Part shown: piece after piece, positions 13,600 through 23,248 of the stretch
How positions within the stretch are numbered: the stretch's first letter is position 1
Layout: the number at the start of each line of letters is the position of its first letter
DNA from: Schmidtea polychroa
Taxonomy: Eukaryota
Length of the DNA: 63,791 nucleotides
NCBI GenBank assembly: GCA_044892525.1
Contig: JBJFYX010000158.1
Coordinates: 1-63,791, forward strand
Direction of reading: 5' to 3'
Notes under the pieces: generated by a model
What the model saw: only the letters and a program-made list of their open reading frames with translations
Database searches by the model: none
Told to the model about the DNA's origin: nothing
Program-made: the position numbers and the translations under genes

Positions 13600-14030
13600 G
13601 CCTCAAAACATAGCCAAATTCAAGAGTGAAAACTTTGTCGCTGAAGATGAGCTACGCAGTGGACGGCCGCCATACGATCTGGAGGAGGAGATTTTCTTGC
13701 ATAGCCTTATTACCGCTGATGAAAGCTGAGTTTATTGACATAACAATGGCTTCCAACATCACAAGTCTTGGCAATGTGCTGTAGATCAACCTATGATGGA
13801 ATCAAAAAACATCCTTACCAACACGAAATTTATGCTAAGGCTTTCCTGGGACTCTAAAGGGATTATTTTGATGGACGTTCTGTCACCTGGTGAGAATATC
13901 ACTACCAAATATTACTGCAATCTATTGAAAAAACGGTATTCAGGTGTTTTTGAAAAATGGCGAAGGTGAATATCTGATAGCAACCTTTATCTCCAGCATG
14001 AAAATGCAAGGATTCATATGGCTACCATCT
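13600..14030 (+). pseudogene. mariner transposase remnant
   Basis: Motifs EDELRSGRP, IITADES*VY, KFMLRLSWDSKGIILMDVLSPGENITTKYYC and LYLQHENARIH match mariner D,D34D blocks; frameshifted. Confidence 0.8.
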
Positions 14031-14537
14031 CGTAAGGGAAGATTGCTTTCTAAAAGCTTTAGAAAATAACTTCTATTTTACAAAGGAGAATACTTATTTG
14101 TCTAACAAATGTTGCGGGTACACTACTCGGATGACCCCTTTCTAGTGCAACTTTAGTCTAGAGGATGAATGCCACCTCGATTTCGCCCATCATTTATTTG
14201 GTCATCGCCGAGCGGGACCCGTACATAACTTACACTCCAACATAGCACCCGTGAATTGCTTCGCGTTGGAACTGTGCTATGCCGGCGAGACGCCAGTAAG
14301 CAGGTGAGCCAGCTCCTTCGGACTACTCCTTACTGAGGCCTCGACTTCCCAACCCTGACTGCCGATAGAAGGACTTACGTCTACTCATTCCGTCGCCCCA
14401 TCGCAATATTTCTAGCTGAGTTTACCAACTGACTAATGCTCCTCATAATTTTATGACTCTCAATACCATTTACCAATTTCAACTCAACTGTCTTAAGATG
14501 AACACAAAGAAAAAAAAACGTATGCAGACAAATATGG

Positions 14538-14543
14538 TTTATT
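14538..14543 (-). terminator. Candidate LTR polyadenylation signal AATAAA (also 35038-35043 and 55538-55543)
   Basis: AATAAA on the minus strand downstream of the LTR ORF and about 430 bp from the LTR 3' end; function inferred. Confidence 0.35.
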
Positions 14544-14677
14544 ATTAAGATTATCACACAAATATATCTAACACCTATACAATAAAGTTCACGACAACGG
14601 GAAAAGAGACAAGGTAAAATGTTATCAGACAATGTTCAGGTCAATTCAGAGAACGAAGACTTTTTACGGGGAAGTTC

Positions 14678-15427
14678 TCATTTCTCCCACTCCGAGTCTG
14701 CCAATAGATCTTCCAAATCGAAAAACTCAGAGGCGTTTTCCTCCCAGGTAACACCAGCGGCGGAGATGATTCGCCCTGAGATCACTGATGCTAAATCAAT
14801 TGCTGCAGGAGGGTTGATGACTTTGATTGGATGATCCGACGATTGCTGGTTCTGTTTGGCGGTTACGCGTTCCCGCTGTTTCTTTTTGCGTTCGGCTCTC
14901 GATAATTGCCGACGCTTTGGCTTCGATGCCGTTGGGTTGATCGGGGGTGCTGCGGAGGTGGATGCTATCGCAGGTAGCACTTTACTGGTTCCGGTAAAGA
15001 TGATTTCTGGCCCTTTAGGTGAGAGCTCGGTCTCTACGCACCCATGGCAGGACTTTCCGACTGGAGAAGAAGATCCGCCAGAGATATCATGATGCGCGGG
15101 GAAAAGATTACTGGCTTCATTAATTGGGATCTTCGCGATCTTCCTTGTAGTCGCGGCCTGGACGTATAATTTGTGCAGCGCCTCCGACTGCTCTTTTATC
15201 AGGCTCCTCTGCGCCCGACTCTCGGAAATCAACGCGTCTCTACAGTGCTCGCTTCGGTGCAGCTTCTTCTGAACCTCCTTCATCTGGGTGGGACTAAACC
15301 ATGTCCCCTCTAACTCATCTATCCTTCTTTTGTGTTTTCCGATTTGGGCCTGGAGCTCTTTGATAATTGAATTCTTGTCGGAGCAAGAAAAACAAGGTCG
15401 AAGAACGGACTTGGAATTTGGCAACAT
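14678..15427 (-). CDS. LTR-embedded ORF, 249 aa (coiled coil, basic NLS-like stretch, acidic C-terminus)
   Basis: GC-richer intact ORF preceded by a strong acceptor ttttcattttcttttttcacag (ends 15437, in frame). No recognised homologue. Confidence 0.55.
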   Translation of the reverse strand: MLPNSKSVLRPCFSCSDKNSIIKELQAQIGKHKRRIDELEGTWFSPTQMKEVQKKLHRSEHCRDALISESRAQRSLIKEQSEALHKLYVQAATTRKIAKIPINEASNLFPAHHDISGGSSSPVGKSCHGCVETELSPKGPEIIFTGTSKVLPAIASTSAAPPINPTASKPKRRQLSRAERKKKQRERVTAKQNQQSSDHPIKVINPPAAIDLASVISGRIISAAGVTWEENASEFFDLEDLLADSEWEK

Positions 15428-18400
15428 TTTGAGCGACTGTGAAAAAAGAAAATGAAAATAATTAAATCAGCGGGAGTGTCACCATCTGACTACATTCATA
15501 CTGTACTGATCATAGACAAAAATATGGGTTTACCAGTCAAGACAAGTTCTACTACGCGATGGATTCTCGTACCCTTTCGGGGCTTTGATTATAAGAAGAT
15601 AAATCGATCAAACCAGATTTCACACAAGGAAAAGGAAGATATTACTATTTGTGAGAGAAATCTAGGTCGATGAAAAGGATTATTTATTTAATCCGCTTGG
15701 AGTCATTATTTCACGTTTACCGAGAATCGATTTAAATTGTCGACTTCTCCCCCCGTACGAGTGCTTTTAATGAGTGTATCATATACTGGGGTCGAGTGAC
15801 TATCTATGGAAAAGGGGTCCATAATGCCTGTTGATTAGTTCCTACAGGATAAACGGAAGGTTATTTAAATTTTTAATTGTTTATTCATTCTCTTTAATTA
15901 CTCACATATATGTTTTACCTGGTTTACATAATATTTATTTAACAATATTCGATATTTATATTAATGATAACTATGTCAAAAAATGAGATAATTTCGGTGC
16001 CATTCATGCTAAGATAATACAGAGAGAATAATCATAATTATGATCGAGTTTATCATTAAAAATTAGTGTCTTTATAACAACTGAGCACGGTATCCGTGTG
16101 AGCTAGTAGTCGACCATACCCGCTGGGTAGATAAGGTAATGTCAGCCCAGTGATTGACTCTTAATCCGGAGCGGTGAAATCTGATAGCTGTCGGTAGTTT
16201 AATTGGCATGTTCGATCTAATTTTACATGAGTAGATGCGTGTGTGACTTTGCCTACTGTACTTGGCTACTAGGTACGTCTGCAACTGGTGACGCATGCAA
16301 GGTGCGCTTTCACACACCTAATTATACTACAAATGCAGGCGTTGAAGGTTTGCATGATGGCATTCTCTCAGAATTTTATCCACCGCGTAATCACTCACAA
16401 TTCTACGGCATATGGTGATGATTTACTAATTCTCGCCGGATTATTGGAAAAATTCTAATTATCTGGATTGCAAATGTTGGATATAGCTTGCTCCAAGGGT
16501 GGATTTTTCGTCTTCAATTCCTCAAGCCTAGTTTATCAATCTACTCTCTAAGTGCTGGAGGATTTTTTCCTATCTCTGCTGGATTGCCAACCTCATGTAA
16601 TACTGGAATTTTGTATTTAACAAGATTATCGGCTAACTGGAAGAAATATATTTTCTTGGTTCGAATTGGTTGCATTTTCCATTGTTAAATTATTTGATGC
16701 CAATAGTTTAGGTAATTATGATAATTAATTGTATGTAAATATTTTTATACAAATAAAAAAAATTAATTGAAGTAAATTATTTTATGTAATTCAAAATTTT
16801 ATTTGGAACAAACTCGTTTTATGAAGTTCTAACAATTATCTGTAATAAATTATTTTACGTAGTTCTACAATTTATCCGTAAACAGTCATTTTGAATAATT
16901 CCAATAATTATCTGAAGTAATCTACTTTGAGCTTCCTTGCAACTATGTCTTTAAGAGAACTTTTAGATGAACGGAATAATAGTTCAAAGGGTTTTAGGGT
17001 AACAATTGGTCGGAACAGATTCTGAGTGAAAGGTATGAACATCAAAGATATGTCACAGATAGCCTCATTAAGGTTTGAACAATTTTTGACGCACAACCTA
17101 TATTGATGATAGAGAAATTTTTAGGCTTAGCAAAAACGATATTTGAAGACGATAGTGTGACACCCTCAATCACTGCGCGAATACATCAAAATTCTCCGAT
17201 TCCTTTATTACATATCTTTGTTTTCAATCACTACATGACTATCAATTTTCTGCCACCATTTACCTATAGATTTTAGTCGCACCTTCAGCAATTGGACCCG
17301 TGAAGAAGCCCTCACATTTCGGCCCAATCTAGCTGCGTGATTGAAATACCCTATGTCCACCGGTGGAGCTCCCGGAGGCACCTCACACCATGACATAGAG
17401 TATCTCAACGCCACGTTTCTCGCAAAATTGAATAGTCTCCAATAATAATTCATAAAAATTAATTCATAAAAGATCAATAATTCTTAACGAGCAAATCATT
17501 TATTATCGAGCAAATTATTTAAATAAAGCATTCTAAAATCAAACGAAAAGAAAAACCATTTTTTCTTTTTAAATTAAAAATATTATTAAACTATACGCAT
17601 TACTTAAAAATTCAAAATAAGCAATCAAAAAATCCTTACCGAATGATTGATACAAGTATGGGCTGAGTCGAAAAGGGTACTATGTCGAATCAGTTAATGC
17701 TCGAATATCGTCTAGTTCTGTAAAAATCTCTTGAATCTTGGAATTGTCCTCGTGAGTTATCGTGCGTTAGTTGCTGGAGTTCTGTTCTGTCGTAGAATAG
17801 ATTTACCTATTGAGGTGGTTGATTAACAGTGATTGTTATGTTTTTAATGCCTGCTTATATATTAATTTTTTGTTTGCGCGGACCAATTAGAATTGAGTAC
17901 CGCTTAATTTTATTAATTTAATTTATTTTCCTTGTTTTTGAGTTATTTCTTCTTACTTTCTTTATTAAAATTATGTTTTTATTTATTTTTCTTAATTTTC
18001 TTATTATTTACTATATTTTACGTTGTTTTCCGCCATTCTATTGTCCTATTTTAATTTTTTCTCATCTTTATATTTTTTGTTTTAATTCCTATTTTCTAAT
18101 TATTGTTTTTCTTATGTTTTATTCTATTTTGTTTGTCAATTTATTTGTTTTTATTTTTTATTTTATTTTAGTTAAGTTTGCCCTAATTTCCCAACTACCC
18201 TTCGATTCAGCCCAACAAATCACTCGGGGACCCATCAAAATTGCGTCCCGCAATTGCATAGTTATCTTACTTCATGCATTCATAAAAAGGATATATCGAA
18301 ACAATTATACTACAATAATAAAAACAATTTTATTCTAAGATATAGGTCAAATCAAGACCAAGCAAGTATCACTTAAGGTGATAGTTTGTATATACAATAA

Positions 18401-18577
18401 AAGTTTCTACATATGATAACACCAATGTTTGAGTTAGAGTTTATGAACTGTTAACCATTTGATGCTTCTGCCGGCGGTTGTTGGTTGGTTTGAATATTGA
18501 TGTTGAGATAGGTCTGACTGTAAGAATTCGGCTGGATTGGTTGGTTACTCGGGATTCGAGGTCGGAATGGGGTTGGG

Positions 18578-19060
18578 TTAAGATTTGTCAGTGGCACTTC
18601 TTGAGAATTTTTCGTAAATCTTCATGAGTATTGGTAGACATAGGAGGAGGGTTTCTGCGATCACCACATATATGAGATAATGGGTGTCATTGATTTCGGG
18701 AGGTGGTTTTGGCTTTTCTACAAGATTTTCAAAATTCTCTTGTTGCATTTGTTGTTCTAACTGGTCGAATTGTTGGATTTGTTCGAGGATTTGTTTGTTT
18801 ATCATTTTACAAATGGGATTCTTTTTACACATTGTTTGGATGTTGTTGATGTGTGAACGGGTTGATTGAAGGGTTTGGATGATATGGATTTTTACTGTCA
18901 TAGGGTATGTGCATTGGCCGGATTCTCGTTTAGGTTCTTGATTTTGATTTCGGTAATCTCGCACGATTTTCGGTTGGGCGTTTACTTGTTTGTTCTCCGT
19001 CAGAATCATCAATACCGTCATTGTTATCATCATCTCGCCTCGCATGATACTATTATACAT
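18578..19060 (-). CDS. Cargo ORF, 160 aa, putative type-I membrane protein
   Basis: N-terminal hydrophobic MMITMTVLMILTE..VNA, three Cys, and TM-like YLIYVVIAETLLLCLPILM. Confidence 0.6.
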   Translation of the reverse strand: MYNSIMRGEMMITMTVLMILTENKQVNAQPKIVRDYRNQNQEPKRESGQCTYPMTVKIHIIQTLQSTRSHINNIQTMCKKNPICKMINKQILEQIQQFDQLEQQMQQENFENLVEKPKPPPEINDTHYLIYVVIAETLLLCLPILMKIYEKFSRSATDKS

Positions 19061-19101
19061 TCATTATGGTTTATTTACAATTGGTTTTAGTGACCCTTAA
19101 T

Positions 19102-19863
19102 TTAATGATTCTGGTTTGGGTTATTTTCGGCGATTCTCATCAGGGTGGATTCCGCTTTAATGACTCTGTGTCTTAACTCGGGCAGCATTTCCAACTGTCT
19201 GTTCTTTTCACGGGCCTCCCTTTTCATGTGCCTTATCTCCTTTTTCAGTCTCTTGATTTCTTCCCGTTTTTTGTCGAGATTCCTTCTTAGTTCGATTTGT
19301 AGGAAATCCTGTTCGTTTTCCTGCGAAAGGTTTCGTTGTTGTTGTTGTTGTTGTTTTCTCTCGATCTCTTGGTACTTGCGAATCCATTTCTTCATTTCCT
19401 CACTTTCTCGTTGTTTTTCCTCCAATTGTCGATTTAATTTATTTATAGTTATTTGGTGTTCTTTCGCCTCTGTTTTCCAATAATCTTGGATTACTTCTTC
19501 TGCCTTGAAGCTTGCCCTCTCTTGCCATAGTTCCTCTGCAATCTTTTCCCAGTTTCTTCCTCGTGTTCGTTGTTCTTGCAACCATTCATTCTTCTCTTCA
19601 GCTTCTCTCTTTATTTCTCCTAACGCTTCGCACTCCTTCTTTAGTATTTTAATCATTTTTCGGTCTTCTATATATTTGTTTATTAGTCTCTCGTTTTCGT
19701 CCCTCTCTTCCCGTAACTTGGCCTTTAACGTTTGTGTTTCTGTTGTTTCTGCCTCAATCTCTCCCTCTTCCACGTCGCTCGTAATTTCTATTATTTCCTC
19801 GATTTTCATATCTGTAATATGTACAGTTAATGGTGCGCTATAGTGCGACTTATACTTATGCAT
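19102..19863 (-). CDS. Cargo ORF, 253 aa, coiled-coil protein
   Basis: Intact E/K/R-rich heptad ORF with the same A-rich codon bias as the element. Confidence 0.7.
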   Translation of the reverse strand: MHKYKSHYSAPLTVHITDMKIEEIIEITSDVEEGEIEAETTETQTLKAKLREERDENERLINKYIEDRKMIKILKKECEALGEIKREAEEKNEWLQEQRTRGRNWEKIAEELWQERASFKAEEVIQDYWKTEAKEHQITINKLNRQLEEKQRESEEMKKWIRKYQEIERKQQQQQQRNLSQENEQDFLQIELRRNLDKKREEIKRLKKEIRHMKREAREKNRQLEMLPELRHRVIKAESTLMRIAENNPNQNH

Positions 19864-19920
19864 TTATATAAAATTTTAATAGTTCGGGTTACAGTCCCTT
19901 GAATACTTTTACAATACTTT

Positions 19921-19922
<2 letters not shown>

Positions 19923-19958
<36 letters not shown>
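19923..19958 (-). repeat. Internal poly(A)36 tract (copy 2: 40423-40458)
   Basis: 36 T on the plus strand; AATAAA (minus strand, 19995-20000) lies about 37 nt upstream. Confidence 0.9.
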
Positions 19959-19960
<2 letters not shown>

Positions 19961-20005
19961 TTGGGATATACGTCCCGATTTTTGTTTTTATCTTTTTATT
20001 CACCC

Positions 20006-21061
20006 TTATACGAAGGTTTCCTCCTGTCCCACATAACCTTCGTCACTATCGACCGCTGGATGCAGCTGTATCGCAATAGGGTCATAGGGTAGGTAATATT
20101 GGGGGATTTGAGCTCTCAATTCACTAACTTCGTCTCTTAGAGCTCGAGTGATATTCAGCTCTTCGTCGAGCAGATAAGTGAGATACCTTGTCTCTTCGTC
20201 TTTCGCCTCTACTTGTCTATCTAAGGCCTTGATTTTCTCGTCGCCCTTCCATTTTTCAATTTCTATTTCCAAGTTTTTGATGTTTTCGGTATACATTTTC
20301 CTCTCGTTTTCCAATTTTCTGTTTTTTCCCGCCAGGACCATGTTTCTTTGTTCTAACGATCCTTGTAATCCATTAAGGTCTCTTTTCATCTCTTCGACCT
20401 GATTTACCAATTCCACCACCCGTCCTGCTTGCTGGGTTATCATCTCTTCCATTGCGGCATTCTCGTGCTCTCTTATGTCGCATTTTATTGCCAAATGTCG
20501 TTCAAACTCCATAGCCTTCATCTGCCATGTTTGGCTTCGGGCGGCGACCTTTTTCAACCGTTTCAGTTCTTCCTTTATTATTAAATTTTCCTCCCATTTA
20601 CCCTGTTCGCTCTCATATCCGAGTCTCATGGGCAATTCTTTCATCTCTTTTTTCATTTCATTGCTTTGTCTTTTCCATTTTCTCGCTTCTGCCACTAAGT
20701 GCATCATTTTCCTTCCTTCTATTTGCTTTTCCGCTTCGCGCTTGGTGTTTTCATCGGTAAGTCTCTTTCTCGCTTCCTGCACTAGCTGCTTTAAGTAGTG
20801 GCTGTGCGCTTCTTGGCGGGTATTTTCTAGTGACGCCCATTTTGATGCTCTTTTGCATGCTTCTGCTTCCGCTCTTAAGTTGTGTATTAACCATTGGTAT
20901 TGACTATTCTCATCCTCTCTAGTTTCTTCGATGTGATTTCGGGTGAGATTAGTTAGTTGGAACATTACTTTGTTCCATTTTTTGTTATGTTCTCGGGGAA
21001 TTTGTGTCTTGTTGACATTGGTTGGGGCTATCGCAGTTTCGGTTAGTTTCTCTTGTGTCAT
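20006..21061 (-). CDS. Cargo ORF, 351 aa, coiled-coil protein
   Basis: Long intact ORF with heptad character; no recognised family. Confidence 0.75.
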   Translation of the reverse strand: MTQEKLTETAIAPTNVNKTQIPREHNKKWNKVMFQLTNLTRNHIEETREDENSQYQWLIHNLRAEAEACKRASKWASLENTRQEAHSHYLKQLVQEARKRLTDENTKREAEKQIEGRKMMHLVAEARKWKRQSNEMKKEMKELPMRLGYESEQGKWEENLIIKEELKRLKKVAARSQTWQMKAMEFERHLAIKCDIREHENAAMEEMITQQAGRVVELVNQVEEMKRDLNGLQGSLEQRNMVLAGKNRKLENERKMYTENIKNLEIEIEKWKGDEKIKALDRQVEAKDEETRYLTYLLDEELNITRALRDEVSELRAQIPQYYLPYDPIAIQLHPAVDSDEGYVGQEETFV

Positions 21062-21254
21062 CTCTAAATCATAGACATCGATTAATCTTTTTATTATGAA
21101 AAAGGAATTTATTCATTATTTACTGTTTCTTGGGAAATTTTCGCATCATTTTTGGGTTTTCGTATTTAGGGTTTTCATACTATTATTATATAATATTTTA
21201 TTGGTTATATACACCGATATATACAGATTATTATATACAACATTATTCGATTGG

Positions 21255-22643
21255 TTACTCCGTTCTACCCTTCTCCTCTTTCCTCACGGTCATCTTGATA
21301 TACACCGTGTCATTTCTTGCCATATCTTCTACTTTTTGTTGTAGGATGAACGTAGGTGCTCCTGTTGCTGATCCTTCTTCTGCCGTAGGTCTCTGGTAAC
21401 ACATTTGGTTTCCAGTTGTCTTGAAGCTTTGTTCGTGGATGCTTCGGTCATTCATTAGTGCAATATCGATTTTTGCCTGGAACGGCCACTCTATTATTTC
21501 GTCGTATTCCCCTTTACATAACAGAAAGAAAATCGAAAAGTGCGTATCTAATCCGGTTCCGTCCCCGTTGGGATATATCTTCATTTTCATTTTGTACCCA
21601 TTTTTCCAAGAATGGAATGCAGGACTTGTTATTCTTGTCTCTTCTCCGGTTTTTGCTTTTCGTATTCTTTCTTTTACTCCCGTTATTTTCCATATGTAGG
21701 GTGCTGTTGGGGTTATCTCATTTAGATTTATTTCCCGTATTTTCTGATGTAGCTCCTTGGCCTGATTATTACTGATTTCTATTCGGTTTATTTGCATCTT
21801 TATGTTTGCTCGGGCTTCTTCTAACGCTTCCCTTTCTTCTAGTAGTTCTTTGACTAACACTTTCAACGATGTTATCTCTATCTCCATTTGTTTTACTTTC
21901 TCTTCGCTTTCTTGTAACGCAGTCGACCACATTTCTGCGTGGGTTGAAGCATTTTCTACTAAATGATGTGGTAACTCACCTCGGTGTAGTAGTTTCTGAC
22001 AACCCCATCTACCTAGTACACATGTCATTCTTTTCTTTTCGCATTCCCTTAGATGCTGTGCCACCTTCATTATTTCCCCTTGGTTACATCCGTTTGGGCA
22101 TTCCGCACTGAACTCTGCACATACTCTCTCCTCTTGGACATTGTGATGTTTGAGGGTGAGATTTTTCCACGTATCTATTTCTCCACAGTGTTCACATCTT
22201 TCCAATCTCTCTTCACACTGCCTTTGATGCTCTTTTTCTTCGCTTGCTCGAATGGTTTTATGGCACCTTTCACACTGGCCAATTCTGTACATACATTCTC
22301 CCATATGTTGTACTACCTTCCATATTACTCCTTTCCATTCGCATGGGGCATTTTTGCATCCCAGGTTGGTGTTTAACATGTCTTTCACTGCGGCTTTATC
22401 CTCGTTAGTGTCTTCTAACCTCGATATTAGTGTCTCTTTACACACCGGGCACCTCTGTGGTCTATTCTTTATTGCTTCACTGATACATTCTTTACATACT
22501 CTGCATCCACATTGCGTTTGGTGAGGTTCCTTTAACAACTTTTCACATATTCCGCACATAACATGTTTGTGTATTCTGATCGTTGTAGATTTTCGGACTT
22601 GCTCGACAATCTCTCTGAACTCTTCTCTTTGTCGTTTATCCAT
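21255..22643 (-). CDS. TRAF: TNF receptor-associated factor (TRAF)-like protein, intronless, element-borne
   Basis: RING CGICEKLLKEPHQTQCGCRVCKEC..RCPVC; TRAF zinc fingers; coiled coil; MATH domain (YIWKI..SPAF..GYKMKMKIYPNGDG..THFSIFFLLCKGEYDEIIEWPF). Confidence 0.95.
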   Translation of the reverse strand: MDKRQREEFREIVEQVRKSTTIRIHKHVMCGICEKLLKEPHQTQCGCRVCKECISEAIKNRPQRCPVCKETLISRLEDTNEDKAAVKDMLNTNLGCKNAPCEWKGVIWKVVQHMGECMYRIGQCERCHKTIRASEEKEHQRQCEERLERCEHCGEIDTWKNLTLKHHNVQEERVCAEFSAECPNGCNQGEIMKVAQHLRECEKKRMTCVLGRWGCQKLLHRGELPHHLVENASTHAEMWSTALQESEEKVKQMEIEITSLKVLVKELLEEREALEEARANIKMQINRIEISNNQAKELHQKIREINLNEITPTAPYIWKITGVKERIRKAKTGEETRITSPAFHSWKNGYKMKMKIYPNGDGTGLDTHFSIFFLLCKGEYDEIIEWPFQAKIDIALMNDRSIHEQSFKTTGNQMCYQRPTAEEGSATGAPTFILQQKVEDMARNDTVYIKMTVRKEEKGRTE

Positions 22644-22728
22644 TCTATAATTATATGTACAAATAGTTCTTATCGATACAGGTTCGATATTTTATTTACA
22701 ATTATTTACATTTTAAGCTAGGTTTGGT

Positions 22729-23088
22729 TTAGGGTTCGGAAGAGTCGGCTTCGTGTCCGCTCTCCTCTCTATTCATTAGCCATTCCGACCAGTCTTCTAT
22801 TTCTGTCTGTTCTGCTTCCTCCATCATTCTGTCTAGCTCGATTTCCTGTCTACGGCTATATTGGGTTATCCTCTCTATCTCTCTTTGCATTTGTTCGATT
22901 TTCAATCTCTGGTCTTCAATTATTTTCAAATAACTAAATCCTCTATTCATACTCTCGATTAGGTTTCTGTGCATCGTCAATCCTTGTTCTTGCAAATTGG
23001 ACACTAATTGTGCTAATACGGCACATTGTTGCTTCCATAATTCTTCAGTTACTGTATTGTGGTTCATTTCGTTATTTCCTTGATCCAT
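22729..23088 (-). CDS. Cargo ORF, ~119 aa from first ATG (short coiled coil)
   Basis: The ORF track start at 23112 is TTG; the first ATG is at 23088 (MDQGNNE...). Confidence 0.55.
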   Translation of the reverse strand: MDQGNNEMNHNTVTEELWKQQCAVLAQLVSNLQEQGLTMHRNLIESMNRGFSYLKIIEDQRLKIEQMQREIERITQYSRRQEIELDRMMEEAEQTEIEDWSEWLMNREESGHEADSSEP

Positions 23089-23248
23089 TCTTAATTTATA
23101 TACACTTTTCAACTCTTATTTAACTTTAATTTTATTTTATGATTCCCGTTATTGTATAATATTGATACCGCGCTTATATAAAGATATAGTACTGTTATAT
23201 ACATAAGATATACTTACTTTTTACAATTATATACAGTCATATTCCTTT

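Larger units (their letters stand above)
14110..18217 (-). repeat. LTR 1 (3' LTR), 4108 bp
   Basis: tgttgcggg...cccaaca; essentially identical to 34610-38717 and 55110-59217. Confidence 0.97.

Noticed and set aside
14105-14109. 5-bp TSD for the LTR array
   Set aside because: acaaa (left) does not equal caaat (right); only the 4-bp CAAA matches.
16072-17850. Alternative genetic code explaining TAA/TAG-broken coding-like LTR segments
   Set aside because: The long element and host ORFs read cleanly in the standard code and end at TAA/TAG.
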